From: Spirochaetota bacterium
GTDB lineage: Bacteria > Spirochaetota > UBA4802 > UBA5550
Assembly (NCBI GenBank): GCA_963663865.1
Contig: OY760686.1
Span: forward strand, 1,536,001-1,600,000
Direction of reading: 5' to 3'
DNA length: 64,000 bases
Under the pieces are notes generated by a model. The model saw only the letters and a list, made by a program, of their open reading frames with translations. It was not told the origin of the DNA and did not search any database. The position numbers were made by a program, and so were the translations under genes. Shown piece after piece: positions 40,203 to 50,666 of the stretch (position 1 is its first letter; each line of letters opens with the position of its first letter).

Positions 40203-41105
40203 GTGCTTCAACGCACGTCACTATTAGCAATTTCCGGTATCTGCTGTATTCTCATTATCGCTGCCTCAGCGGCCGAGGCAGCAGATGCCAAAAACTCTCA
40301 CCGTTCAAAACAGTCAAATTTTATTAGATATCTTACACGAAACAATGAATATGCAAGAGCTTCACTGGAGCTTGAACGCACAAATGTACTATATCCCGGC
40401 TATTATGATGCCGATCTGTTTCTGACAACATCCGCCTACCTTGATTTTAAAATAGGGAGATATTCACGAATTTTAAACGCTGATATTCCCACTTTATTGA
40501 CAGGGCAGCCCCATCCATGTAACATATTCAGGATTGACGCGTTAAGATTTTCAAAAAACTTTAAGAAGGCAGCTGAGTTATCAAACACTGTCTGTCAGCC
40601 TCCCGATAATGATTCCGAGCTGAATCAGATATGCCGAAAGCGCATTTTTGCCTCAAACCTGCAGGAGTACATTAAAACTGGTATAAGTAACCATACCGAT
40701 ATACTGCACACCAGTGAGTTCGAAGCTTATAGAGAGCTTCTGCAATATACAAAAAAAGAGCACAAAAACAAGGTATCTCCAGCTGCCGCGGCAGTCTTTG
40801 GAGTTGTGCCTGGCATGGGCTATGCTTACGGAGGCGATGTGGCAACCGGAGCTGTGGCGTTTACGGTCACGGCAGTATGTACTGCTATCAGCATGCTCTC
40901 ATTCAACAGCGGTATGAAGCCGGCCGGAATAGTATTTGGAGCTGTTGGTTTCTTCTTCTATTCCGGGTCAATAGTCGGGGGATACATGCAGGCAAATCGA
41001 TACAATCAGTCAATTTCGGACAGTCTCATGAGAAATATAGAGGAAAAAATGAAACTTGATGAAGACAGAGAAAAAATATTCAACAAAAACGGTCTCGGAA
41101 AATAG
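40203..41105 (+). CDS. Hypothetical exported/membrane protein with helical N-terminus and glycine-rich C-terminal TM hairpin
   Basis: GTG 40203 just after secF; signal peptide; SP.AAA.FG.VPGMGYAY.G motif followed by hydrophobic helices. Confidence 0.7.
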   Translation: MLQRTSLLAISGICCILIIAASAAEAADAKNSHRSKQSNFIRYLTRNNEYARASLELERTNVLYPGYYDADLFLTTSAYLDFKIGRYSRILNADIPTLLTGQPHPCNIFRIDALRFSKNFKKAAELSNTVCQPPDNDSELNQICRKRIFASNLQEYIKTGISNHTDILHTSEFEAYRELLQYTKKEHKNKVSPAAAAVFGVVPGMGYAYGGDVATGAVAFTVTAVCTAISMLSFNSGMKPAGIVFGAVGFFFYSGSIVGGYMQANRYNQSISDSLMRNIEEKMKLDEDREKIFNKNGLGK

Positions 41106-41107
41106 AT

Positions 41108-42352
41108 ATGAATGAGCATTTTATGGGTGTAGCCCTGCGTCAGTCCTTCTCAGTAATGGGAGAAACATCTCCAAACCCTCCGGTTGGAGCGGTTATAGTG
41201 AAGGAAGGTAAAATCGTAGCGACAGGGGCGACCTGCGAGTGCGGTTCAGATCACGCTGAGATTTCAGCGTTAAAAGCTGCCGGGGAAAATGGGCATAGCG
41301 TTGTGGGCGCTGAAATGTATGTCAGCCTTGAACCATGCAGCCACCACGGGAAAACACCGCCATGCGCAGAGGCGATAGTGAAGGCTGGAATAAGCAGGGT
41401 ATATATCCCCCTGATAGATCCGAACCCTCTTGTCAGCAGGAAAGGGGTACAGTTACTGAAAAACGCGGGTGTTGAAGTTGTGATAATGGAAGCTTTTTCC
41501 GAGCAGGCGGCTGATATCCTTCGCCCGTTTTATAAGCGTGTAAGCAAGAGAAAGCCCTTTATTATTAATAAGACCGCAATGACTCTTGATGGCCGTACCG
41601 CTTCGATCACTGGTGATTCCAGATGGATATCATCTCCGGCTTCGAGGCTGATGTCGCACCGCCTGCGTTCAAAGGTTGACGCCATAATCATCGGAAAGAA
41701 CACCCTTTTAAGAGACAACCCGTCTTTGAACGTAAGATTTAACGACTTTGACAGGGGCACACATGAGAATCTTGAGCTATCAGCACAAAGAATCGGCGGA
41801 TACAATAATTTTCTCTTAACATCACTGATGTCTGGAGGGGATAGCAGTGTCCGGTGCGGTGAGCCTCTTCGAGTTTTATTTGGATTGCCTGATCCTGAAT
41901 TTTTTACGCATTGCTTTTTTAGGGACGGGAACTATGTAATTTATGATTCCGCTCAAACTGTTTTTAAATCATCGCATAAGGCGGAGAATATTAAAAAACT
42001 GATTGAGGATGGAAATCTTGTGCTTTCAGAGAAATCTGAAAAAGCAGATATCACTTCAAAGGCACTTATTGACCTGTACCAGAGAGGCATTGTTTTCGGA
42101 ATGCTTGAGGGAGGCTCATGTTTAGCGAAAACATTTTTTGAGATGGGGGATATTGACCAGTTTCTGTATTATATTGCTCCTAAAGTGCTTGGAGGCGGTT
42201 TTGCTCCGCTCTCATCAGATAAAATAAATGATATAAGCGGAGCATTAAATTTGAAAAATATATCCTACGCCGGTATAGACTGTGATGTAATGATATCAGG
42301 ATATTCAGAAACTATAACGGTGAAAAGCGGGGAGATATGTTCACAGGAATAG
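41108..42352 (+). CDS. ribD: Bifunctional riboflavin deaminase/reductase
   Basis: PNPPVGAVIV, HAE, LEPCSH.GKTPPC, TLDG..A...G.SRWIS, DNP.L and EGG motifs. Confidence 0.96.
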   Translation: MNEHFMGVALRQSFSVMGETSPNPPVGAVIVKEGKIVATGATCECGSDHAEISALKAAGENGHSVVGAEMYVSLEPCSHHGKTPPCAEAIVKAGISRVYIPLIDPNPLVSRKGVQLLKNAGVEVVIMEAFSEQAADILRPFYKRVSKRKPFIINKTAMTLDGRTASITGDSRWISSPASRLMSHRLRSKVDAIIIGKNTLLRDNPSLNVRFNDFDRGTHENLELSAQRIGGYNNFLLTSLMSGGDSSVRCGEPLRVLFGLPDPEFFTHCFFRDGNYVIYDSAQTVFKSSHKAENIKKLIEDGNLVLSEKSEKADITSKALIDLYQRGIVFGMLEGGSCLAKTFFEMGDIDQFLYYIAPKVLGGGFAPLSSDKINDISGALNLKNISYAGIDCDVMISGYSETITVKSGEICSQE

Positions 42353-42990
42353 TTGAAGACAGGGGGATTGTCTCGTCTGTTAGAAAAAAGGGAGCTGGTA
42401 TTGAACTCAGGGTTAACTCTGCAATAGTAACCATGGATTCAAAAACAGGCGATTCTGTTTCAATAAACGGTGCGTGTCAGACAATCGAAGAAATTTCCGG
42501 AGCGGAATTTTCTGTTTTTGTTTCGTCAGTGACTGCCTCAGTAACAACGCTCAGCTCATTTAAAGCGGGATCAAAGGTGAATTTGGAGCGGGCGATGAGA
42601 ATTGATTCACGTTTCGGCGGGCATATCGTGCAGGGCCATGTCGATGGCACAGGAGTTATAAGGGAAATCAGAAAGGATCCTTCCGGCGCTTATTTCAGAA
42701 TATCATCAAAAGCTGAAATAATGCGATATATTATCAACAAAGGCTCAGTTTGCGTTAACGGGATTTCTCTGACTGTCGTGTTAACTGAAAATGATTATTT
42801 TGATCTTTACATCATACCTGAAACACTGAGGGCAACGACTGCCGGTGAATGGGTTCCTGGTGAAGAAGTAAATATTGAGTGCGATGTTCTTGCTAAATAT
42901 GTTGAAAAACTTTTTGGAGCTGAAAAAACATCCGATAACGGGAGAGGCCTTGAGTCAATACTCAGAGATGAGGGGTATATTTCACGCTGA
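42337..42990 (+). CDS. ribE: Riboflavin synthase (alpha chain)
   Basis: MFTGIVE, GDS..INGAC.T, NLERA, GGH.VQGHVD, KGS...NG.SLTV and VN.E.D motifs. Confidence 0.97.
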   Translation: MFTGIVEDRGIVSSVRKKGAGIELRVNSAIVTMDSKTGDSVSINGACQTIEEISGAEFSVFVSSVTASVTTLSSFKAGSKVNLERAMRIDSRFGGHIVQGHVDGTGVIREIRKDPSGAYFRISSKAEIMRYIINKGSVCVNGISLTVVLTENDYFDLYIIPETLRATTAGEWVPGEEVNIECDVLAKYVEKLFGAEKTSDNGRGLESILRDEGYISR

Positions 42991-42996
42991 ACAGGT

Positions 42997-43896
42997 TTAG
43001 ATTGACTCCCACAGGTTTCTTGATTCAATTATCGTGAAGAATTTTTTTTCGAATGAATCTACTTCTTTATAATTTGGTGTATCTGGATTCCCTCTGAAAA
43101 GTACCGTATACTTGCCGATGTACTTGACCGCCCTTGACAGCTGATGCTTTTTTATTGATTTGAGTATCTCGTGATATATAACAACAGCGGTTGAATTGTA
43201 TATTTCGGATTTCAACTCCGCGGAATCTTTGCTGATTTGCTGAAATACCCTGTCAATTTCATAGTGCCGGTCAGGGGTTGAAGGATCAGAAAATTTGAGG
43301 AGGTAACGCATAACAGCCTTCTTGAATTCGTGTGAACCAGGTGACGATGCAAGCTTAATCAAATCTTCAACTGTCTTTGCGGATTCGGTACGGAGTTCCC
43401 TGTCAAGCCTCTCCCTGTATTCACGGGCCTCTATCATCTTCTTGACTTCAAGCGTATCTATGGCGGCCATATCATCGGCAAATTTGCGGTTAAGAAGTTT
43501 AAACTCCCTGTTTGAGTATTCCATGAATGGCCTGTTGAGTATATTAACAAACTCAATGGCTTCCTGTGAGGACGCCGTCCCGCGGTCAGCTTTCATGCCC
43601 CGCAAAAATCTTAATGCGAGTGAACCGGGAATAGTGAGATTTAATTGTGAGGGCTCAACAGCTCTCAGCAGGGCCATCTTATAGAGAAGAGGGAGGCGTT
43701 TTGTCTGCTTGATTTCAGCCTCATCAATAAGCCGGGACAGCTCCTCAAGACTTTCAACTGGAATACGGATAGACCAGGCTGACAGCGGTTTAATGAAAAA
43801 ATCAATGTAATCGTTCCGTCCCTTTTCTGCGAGACTCTTAATTATTCTTGAGTAGTGATCAATAAGCGGGAGATGAATAATCTGGATTTTGTTCAT
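42997..43896 (-). CDS. Hypothetical cytoplasmic alpha-helical protein
   Basis: 299-aa ORF 3 bp downstream of the Gfo gene; no recognisable motif. Confidence 0.75.
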   Translation of the reverse strand: MNKIQIIHLPLIDHYSRIIKSLAEKGRNDYIDFFIKPLSAWSIRIPVESLEELSRLIDEAEIKQTKRLPLLYKMALLRAVEPSQLNLTIPGSLALRFLRGMKADRGTASSQEAIEFVNILNRPFMEYSNREFKLLNRKFADDMAAIDTLEVKKMIEAREYRERLDRELRTESAKTVEDLIKLASSPGSHEFKKAVMRYLLKFSDPSTPDRHYEIDRVFQQISKDSAELKSEIYNSTAVVIYHEILKSIKKHQLSRAVKYIGKYTVLFRGNPDTPNYKEVDSFEKKFFTIIESRNLWESI

Positions 43897-43899
43897 ATG

Positions 43900-44982
43900 C
43901 TAAATTCCAAATATTTTCCCAAGTTTGACTCTGCGCGGATGAACAGGGAGCTTTATCTCTTTTCCGCCCAATGAGGATGACAGGTAAACCGCGTGAACAG
44001 CTTCAAGCGCTCTGTAACCGTCAATACCATTGAACTCACTACAGTAATCTCCTGAAAGCAGAGTGGATGCAACGTCGTAAAGTTTTGTAAAACAGCTTTC
44101 GGAGCTGAAGTCAGGGAACTTAACTTCACTGAGATCATTGAAGCCGCTGTAATATTTTGACTTATCTTTCAAAAAAAGCCTGTTAATGCCGTTTCCGACA
44201 ACAAGCCTCCCGGATTCAGCTGAAATATCAAGCTCGAAGTGAAAGTACTTTCGGCTTCCGCCCGCTTCGAGAAAGACGTCCTGGCCGCTAGACGTCTTCA
44301 GCCAGGCGAGGGCACTGTCTTCGTAGCCGGTATTGCGCGAATCCCTCCGGATTTCTCCTCGCAGTGAAGCAATATCCCCCAGAAGGAACCGGATGAGATC
44401 GAGCATGTGAGTGCCGTCGTGGAGCAGGGGGCCACCACCTTCACTTATATCGGAATTGCCGCGATAGGGTCCTGTCAGGATTGACGCGTGTGCTGTACGA
44501 ACCTGTCCTATTAGCCCGTCACCTAATATTTTTAACCCCTCATTGTAAGCGGGCGCGAATCTGCGTTCGTGATTCACTATAAGCATGACGGCGTTATCTT
44601 TACATGCTTTGATTATGCGCTTAGCCGATTTCAGGCTATGGGATATCGGCTTTTCAAGAATAATAAGCTTTGCGCCGGATTCGGCGGCCTTAACTGCAAT
44701 TTGTGCGTGGGTGTCGGTTGGTGTCGCAATAATAACAAGATGAGGTTTAACGTTTTGAAAAAAAACAACATAATCGGTAAAACAGGAGTCGGAAGAGATG
44801 CCCGCTGTTTGTGCAAAACGGCTGAGGCGTTCAGAGTTGATGTCAACTGCGTGAGTTATTGAAATGCCATTTGCCCTGCATCCTCCAAAGTGGGTACAGG
44901 GTTTATTTCTTAACGGATCATCTTCAAGCAGGAACCCGATTCTTCCGCATCCTATTAGAGCTGTTACTGGAAATGGAGCCAT
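43900..44982 (-). CDS. Gfo/Idh/MocA family oxidoreductase
   Basis: IGCGRIG, IATP..TH, LEKP, NHERRF and GGPLLHDGTH.LD motifs. Confidence 0.92.
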   Translation of the reverse strand: MAPFPVTALIGCGRIGFLLEDDPLRNKPCTHFGGCRANGISITHAVDINSERLSRFAQTAGISSDSCFTDYVVFFQNVKPHLVIIATPTDTHAQIAVKAAESGAKLIILEKPISHSLKSAKRIIKACKDNAVMLIVNHERRFAPAYNEGLKILGDGLIGQVRTAHASILTGPYRGNSDISEGGGPLLHDGTHMLDLIRFLLGDIASLRGEIRRDSRNTGYEDSALAWLKTSSGQDVFLEAGGSRKYFHFELDISAESGRLVVGNGINRLFLKDKSKYYSGFNDLSEVKFPDFSSESCFTKLYDVASTLLSGDYCSEFNGIDGYRALEAVHAVYLSSSLGGKEIKLPVHPRRVKLGKIFGI

Positions 44983-44987
44983 TATTC

Positions 44988-46289
44988 TCAGAGTATGGGG
45001 AGGTATTCATTAATTTCAAAATCAGTTATGTATCTGCTGAATTTCTTCAGCTCGTATTCCTTGTTTTCCAGAAACTTTGACTGAATATGGGAGCCGAGAG
45101 TCGACTTGATCAGTTCGCTCGACTCAAATTCACGGAGCGCATCCTGAAGCTGGCAGGGAAGCGGCACAAACGCGTTTTTGTTTTTAGCGGTATCAAGAGA
45201 CTCGGGTATTGTGTACTTGTTCTCAATGCCCTTTAAGCCTGCTGCCAGAATGGTGGAAAAAACCAGATAAGGATTGCACGAAGGATCGGGGCTTCGAAGT
45301 TCAATCCTCATTGACGAAGGTTTGTCTGCAGGGCAGTTCGGCACCCTGACCATAGCTTCCTGACTTCTCACACCCCATGTGGCATGTGTCGGCGATTCAA
45401 ATCCTTCGACAGTCCTCTTGTATGAATTGATCCACTGGTTTGTAAGGGCAGTGTACTCTCGGCTGTGAGCAAGAAGTCCAGCGATAAAGTATCTGGCGTT
45501 TTCTGAAAGATTGTTTTCCTTTGACGAATCAAAAAAAGTATTCTTATCTTCACTAAAAAGCGACTGATGGATGTGAAGGCCGGAGCCGTTCTGGTCAGCA
45601 AGGGGTTTTGGCATAAAGGAAGCGTAAATGTCATTGAGCTGGCCTATTTCCTTGGCTATAAGCCGAAATGACATAATATTATCGGCTGTCGCGAGGGCGT
45701 TATCGTGTCTGAGGTCAATTTCATGCTGGCTTGGGGATCCCTCATGATGCGATGAAATCACACCTATGCCCATATCCTCAAGGGTAAGAACAGTCTGTCT
45801 TCTGTAGTCGGCTGCTGAATCAAGCGGAGTAAGGTCAAAGTATCCGCCTCTGTCGAGTATCTCAGGGGATTTAGAATTTTTGAAAAAAAAGAATTCTATT
45901 TCAGGTCCGGTATAAAAAGTAAGTCCAGCTTCAGCGGCTTTAAGTAGATTTTTTTTAAGGATATAACGGGAGTCTCCTTCAAAGGGCTTGCCGTCAACTG
46001 TATGGATGTCACAGAATAGCCTTGCCACGGAATTGTCCCTGGGGCGCCATGGCAATATGGCGAAAGTTGCTGGGTCGGGCACCGCAAGCATTTCACGCTC
46101 CTCTGTGCGAATAAATCCGTCAAGCGTGGATCCGTCAAAACGTACTCCCTCTTCAAGTGCGTCCTCAAGTTCATCAAGTGTTATAGCGAAGCTTTTCAAA
46201 AAGCCCAGAATGTCAGTAAACCAGAGCCGGATGAACTTAACTCTGTTTTCGTGTGCCATTTTTAGTATATATTCTTTATCGGGTTTCAT
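44988..46289 (-). CDS. Glutamine synthetase type I-alpha-like protein with active-site substitutions
   Basis: FTDILG..K, FDGST, GPEIEF, HHE..P.QHEI, FMPKP..NGSG.H.HQS, RIELRSPDP..NPYL; the NRS motif is replaced by SQE. Confidence 0.9.
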   Translation of the reverse strand: MKPDKEYILKMAHENRVKFIRLWFTDILGFLKSFAITLDELEDALEEGVRFDGSTLDGFIRTEEREMLAVPDPATFAILPWRPRDNSVARLFCDIHTVDGKPFEGDSRYILKKNLLKAAEAGLTFYTGPEIEFFFFKNSKSPEILDRGGYFDLTPLDSAADYRRQTVLTLEDMGIGVISSHHEGSPSQHEIDLRHDNALATADNIMSFRLIAKEIGQLNDIYASFMPKPLADQNGSGLHIHQSLFSEDKNTFFDSSKENNLSENARYFIAGLLAHSREYTALTNQWINSYKRTVEGFESPTHATWGVRSQEAMVRVPNCPADKPSSMRIELRSPDPSCNPYLVFSTILAAGLKGIENKYTIPESLDTAKNKNAFVPLPCQLQDALREFESSELIKSTLGSHIQSKFLENKEYELKKFSRYITDFEINEYLPIL

Positions 46290-46328
46290 ATGTGTATAAG
46301 TCCTCCACGTTAGTCGCTTGTATTGTAT

Positions 46329-47300
46329 TTACCAGCTGAAGAAAATGAGTATTGAAAAAATAGTTAATGCTATAAACGCAATAAGAAGCAGATATAAAGA
46401 AAGCTTTGATGAAGAAGCTGTTGATTTTTCTGTTTTTTTAGGCTGTCCATTTTTATGTCTGAAAGAATCAATGTCGGGGTTGTACATTCTAAGTTTGACC
46501 TGCTTCTCTTCCTCAATCAGCTTTCCGTAAATATTTCGGCCGATCCTGGTCAATATCTCTACCGGTTCATTCTTGCCTTTTCCCGCCTTGATATCAATTA
46601 CCTCTGACGGAACCGGTTTTATCTCTCGGTCTTCACGAAGCTGCATGAGATCAATATAGTAGTTCTGACGCTCAGAGTTAGGGGTGACTCTGGTCATAAT
46701 TACATCTCCTACTTTCAACTCATAGATGGGTTTGCCCTTAACAGGTGAAAGTATGGGTTTTGTGATAAGTACGACAGCGTCTTTGCCTAACTGGGAGTTT
46801 GATTCTGCTGACGGCTCATTCTTCTCAACCGGTTTGCTTCTTTTTTTCATCACATCAGCGTATTCCGCAGGAGTTATCTCCTGGATTACTGACTCAAGCA
46901 CAAGGTTCTTTTCATGCATTATGCGGCTCACCAGGTCGAAGAGTGCTATATCGACTTTATCGTAGTCGTAGGAAGTAACGCTTTTGTAGAATCTCTGAGC
47001 CGTGTTGTAATCATCTGCCATGTCTGTAAGCTGGCTCATAAGGGTTGTAGTCAGATTGTTGTTAAAGTGGCCTTTCCACTTAAGATCAGCAATAAATTCC
47101 TGATATCTGTCCCAGCCGGTGTGAAGTTCCAGGTCGTAAGCGTCAGAGTAAGTGGATATAACCCCATTGAAGTTTTCAAATTTTTCCGAATTATTAAACA
47201 TTATGATAAGCTGGCCGTAAAGATTCATGGGGATTGATTTGAATCTGGCCTTTACCGCAAGCAGGTTACCGTCACTTACTGTTTCATATTCTGTATTCAT
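46329..47300 (-). CDS. Hypothetical protein with C-terminal membrane anchor
   Basis: 323 aa; PILSPVKGKPIYEL.VGD.I motif; terminal TM helix. Confidence 0.8.
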   Translation of the reverse strand: MNTEYETVSDGNLLAVKARFKSIPMNLYGQLIIMFNNSEKFENFNGVISTYSDAYDLELHTGWDRYQEFIADLKWKGHFNNNLTTTLMSQLTDMADDYNTAQRFYKSVTSYDYDKVDIALFDLVSRIMHEKNLVLESVIQEITPAEYADVMKKRSKPVEKNEPSAESNSQLGKDAVVLITKPILSPVKGKPIYELKVGDVIMTRVTPNSERQNYYIDLMQLREDREIKPVPSEVIDIKAGKGKNEPVEILTRIGRNIYGKLIEEEKQVKLRMYNPDIDSFRHKNGQPKKTEKSTASSSKLSLYLLLIAFIALTIFSILIFFSW

Positions 47301-47468
47301 GTCAAACCGCTTCAGCCTTGAATTAACTTTACTGCTTCATCAAGTAATCCTAAAGTCCTGAAGTGTATGTGTCAATATAAAAAAAAACGGTAATAATGAG
47401 GCTTGAGCATAAAATGTTGATGACAATTAGATATTATTTTTCGATAAATTATGTATCGGGGTAATAAA

Positions 47469-48617
47469 ATGAAACTGAACAGGCTAAAAAAAGTAATCGG
47501 CATTTTCATTATAATGATAACCGCAATGCCGGTATTTTCTTTTACCGATCAGACAACATCTGAAAGGATAATTTCTGAAAACAGGGATTTTATCGAGTTT
47601 ATAAATATATGTGTTTCCAACATAGTCCCTGAAAAATCAGATGAGCTTAAGGCAGTATATCAAAAGCATTTCAATGCCGAGGTCGCTTACATGCAGTCTG
47701 ATTACAGAAGGACATTTAAAAGGGTCTATTCATCTCAGGGTGAGCTGGCTGCAATGTATGAAGAACTTCTTAGAGACAAGTATATGGAAGATTCAAAGCG
47801 GATTCTTGACAGCTATGCCCCGGAGATTATCAGATCGAAAAATCCAAGGGCAAGGCTTTATCTATCACTTGGCTACAGAGACAGAACCGTTGCTTCAACT
47901 CATTTTACTGTTGGCGAAGCTTCAAATCCAAGGCTGTTTTCCTATAAGCTTCATAAATTTCGCGAGGGTATCAAAATGGCGAGAAGAGCTAAAAGATACG
48001 CCTTTATTGGGCTTTTCGAAAGCCAGAAGCCTGAGGACAAGAGAAAGATATATGAAAACCTTTTAAAAACTGAAAATGAGAGCGGAAATCCCTTCTATGC
48101 CCGTTTTGCAGGAAAGACCGGAGACCAGCTAATTGATGAGATTAATATTTCATTTGAGGATAATGAACACCGGGAGAAGGGGCAGGCTGTAAAGGACCAG
48201 GCATACGAGAACAAGCTTGTGAAGCGGGTGCGTTTCAGAAAGGAGTCCAGGGCCGCAAGGTACATGCTTGACAACGATTTTGACCAATGTGAAGATATTC
48301 TGAGGGAATATATTGATGATTTTAACTTCAAACTTATTCTTTCAACCATATCAACTGTTTACGGAAGTGATACGGGAACTGCCGGGAAAACTGAAGATAT
48401 GAAGCTTCAGCATCTTGATAATTACGGAAGGCTGAAGGGCCAATCTGTTATTGACGGGTTTACATCTGATCTGAAAGTTGAAGATGACATGAAGATTGAG
48501 AAGAAAAACGATGATGCTGCTGCTGATTCGAGTAAGCCTGCCCAGGGCGGGCAGGATGCGGAGCCTGAGGCGGCGGATGATAAGAAGACCTCTGAGGATG
48601 GGAATTCACAGAAATGA
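47469..48617 (+). CDS. OmpL37-family (Leptospira-type) exported protein
   Basis: Signal peptide; blocks FINICVSN, SQGEL, AP.IIRS, LG.RD, YKL and RRAKR recalled from OmpL37-family proteins; acidic low-complexity tail. Confidence 0.75.
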   Translation: MKLNRLKKVIGIFIIMITAMPVFSFTDQTTSERIISENRDFIEFINICVSNIVPEKSDELKAVYQKHFNAEVAYMQSDYRRTFKRVYSSQGELAAMYEELLRDKYMEDSKRILDSYAPEIIRSKNPRARLYLSLGYRDRTVASTHFTVGEASNPRLFSYKLHKFREGIKMARRAKRYAFIGLFESQKPEDKRKIYENLLKTENESGNPFYARFAGKTGDQLIDEINISFEDNEHREKGQAVKDQAYENKLVKRVRFRKESRAARYMLDNDFDQCEDILREYIDDFNFKLILSTISTVYGSDTGTAGKTEDMKLQHLDNYGRLKGQSVIDGFTSDLKVEDDMKIEKKNDDAAADSSKPAQGGQDAEPEAADDKKTSEDGNSQK

Positions 48618-48736
48618 ACAGTGTATTCAAAAAATTAAGCCTGTTAAAAAATGCCGGTCATAAACTCGTTATCGGATACTCGATTTTCTTTGCCTTTCTT
48701 ATTTTTCTGGATATACTCTATTGGATTTTTAACTGA
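48614..48736 (+). CDS. Small 40-aa single-pass membrane protein (not in the ORF track)
   Basis: ATGA overlap with the upstream stop; MNSVFKKLSLLKNAGHKLVIGYSIFFAFLIFLDILYWIFN; lies before the terminator. Confidence 0.6.
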   Translation: MNSVFKKLSLLKNAGHKLVIGYSIFFAFLIFLDILYWIFN

Positions 48737-48836
48737 AATATTGTTTTCTTGTTTAATGATAATTGTAAGCAGCTTTACGAATATTTAAGTTTTCAGTGGT
48801 TGTTTCTATATTGGAAGAATGTATGGGATTTATAAT

Positions 48837-48868
48837 AAAAAAACCGGCCATATAAGGCCGGTTTTTTT
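48837..48868. terminator. Bidirectional intrinsic terminator
   Basis: A7-CCGGCC-atataa-GGCCGG-T7. Confidence 0.9.
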
Positions 48869-48877
48869 CAAGCTGTT

Positions 48878-49960
<1,083 letters not shown>

Positions 49961-50087
49961 TTACTGACCTGATTAAACATTCAGCTCAATGTGCCTATTT
50001 AATATACGATATCCGCATATATTTCAATTATTTTTTGTAAGAGTAATTCGTCAATAATTTTATATTTTGGTATATAAACACTGTTGT

Positions 50088-50666
50088 TCAAATTAATTTT
50101 TCCTTAATATTGTAACGCCACAGCTCAACGAGTTTATTAAACTGTCTGTCTTCGGGATCATTTACAAGGGCTTTGTTTCTTCTTTTGATAAGGTAGTTCA
50201 CTGTTGCGTCTTCAAGAAGGACCTTCTCTGACAGCTCATTGAGCTTAATTATGCAGTAGTTTAGATTGTAGGTCTGAAAGTCTCCGATGTGGCGGGATGA
50301 GGCTATGGTGGGCTCATACTTGAGAAGAAGTTCTGTAAAGTAAACAGACTGCCGCCAGGCCTCAGTGCTCCCTGAAAGGCCGTCTTTAAAGAGCAGGCTC
50401 TGTTTCTCAAAAAGCTCCATGTTCTTGTAATATGAATCATAGATGGGTTTGATGAGTTCAGGAAAATTGTTTTGAACCTCCATAAGGTCTATAGGTTCGT
50501 TGATTCCTTTGAAGTAGGAAAATATCTCTGCACTTTTTTCGCCTGATGGCTCAACAGGAACCAGCTCAATGGCGAGATCTTTGATTATGGTTCGTATTTT
50601 GCCTATCTTTTTGAGATAGACCTCAATTTCTACCGGTTCGATGTAGTAGTGTTTTTTTTTGTCCAT
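50088..50666 (-). CDS. Hypothetical protein
   Basis: 192-aa ORF overlapping the end of the LysM gene by 37 bp. Confidence 0.75.
   Translation of the reverse strand: MDKKKHYYIEPVEIEVYLKKIGKIRTIIKDLAIELVPVEPSGEKSAEIFSYFKGINEPIDLMEVQNNFPELIKPIYDSYYKNMELFEKQSLLFKDGLSGSTEAWRQSVYFTELLLKYEPTIASSRHIGDFQTYNLNYCIIKLNELSEKVLLEDATVNYLIKRRNKALVNDPEDRQFNKLVELWRYNIKEKLI

Noticed and set aside
42990-43000. Switch from mostly plus-strand to mixed gene orientation as a replication terminus
   Set aside because: No dif-like site recognised and plus-strand operons resume downstream; GC skew could not be computed.
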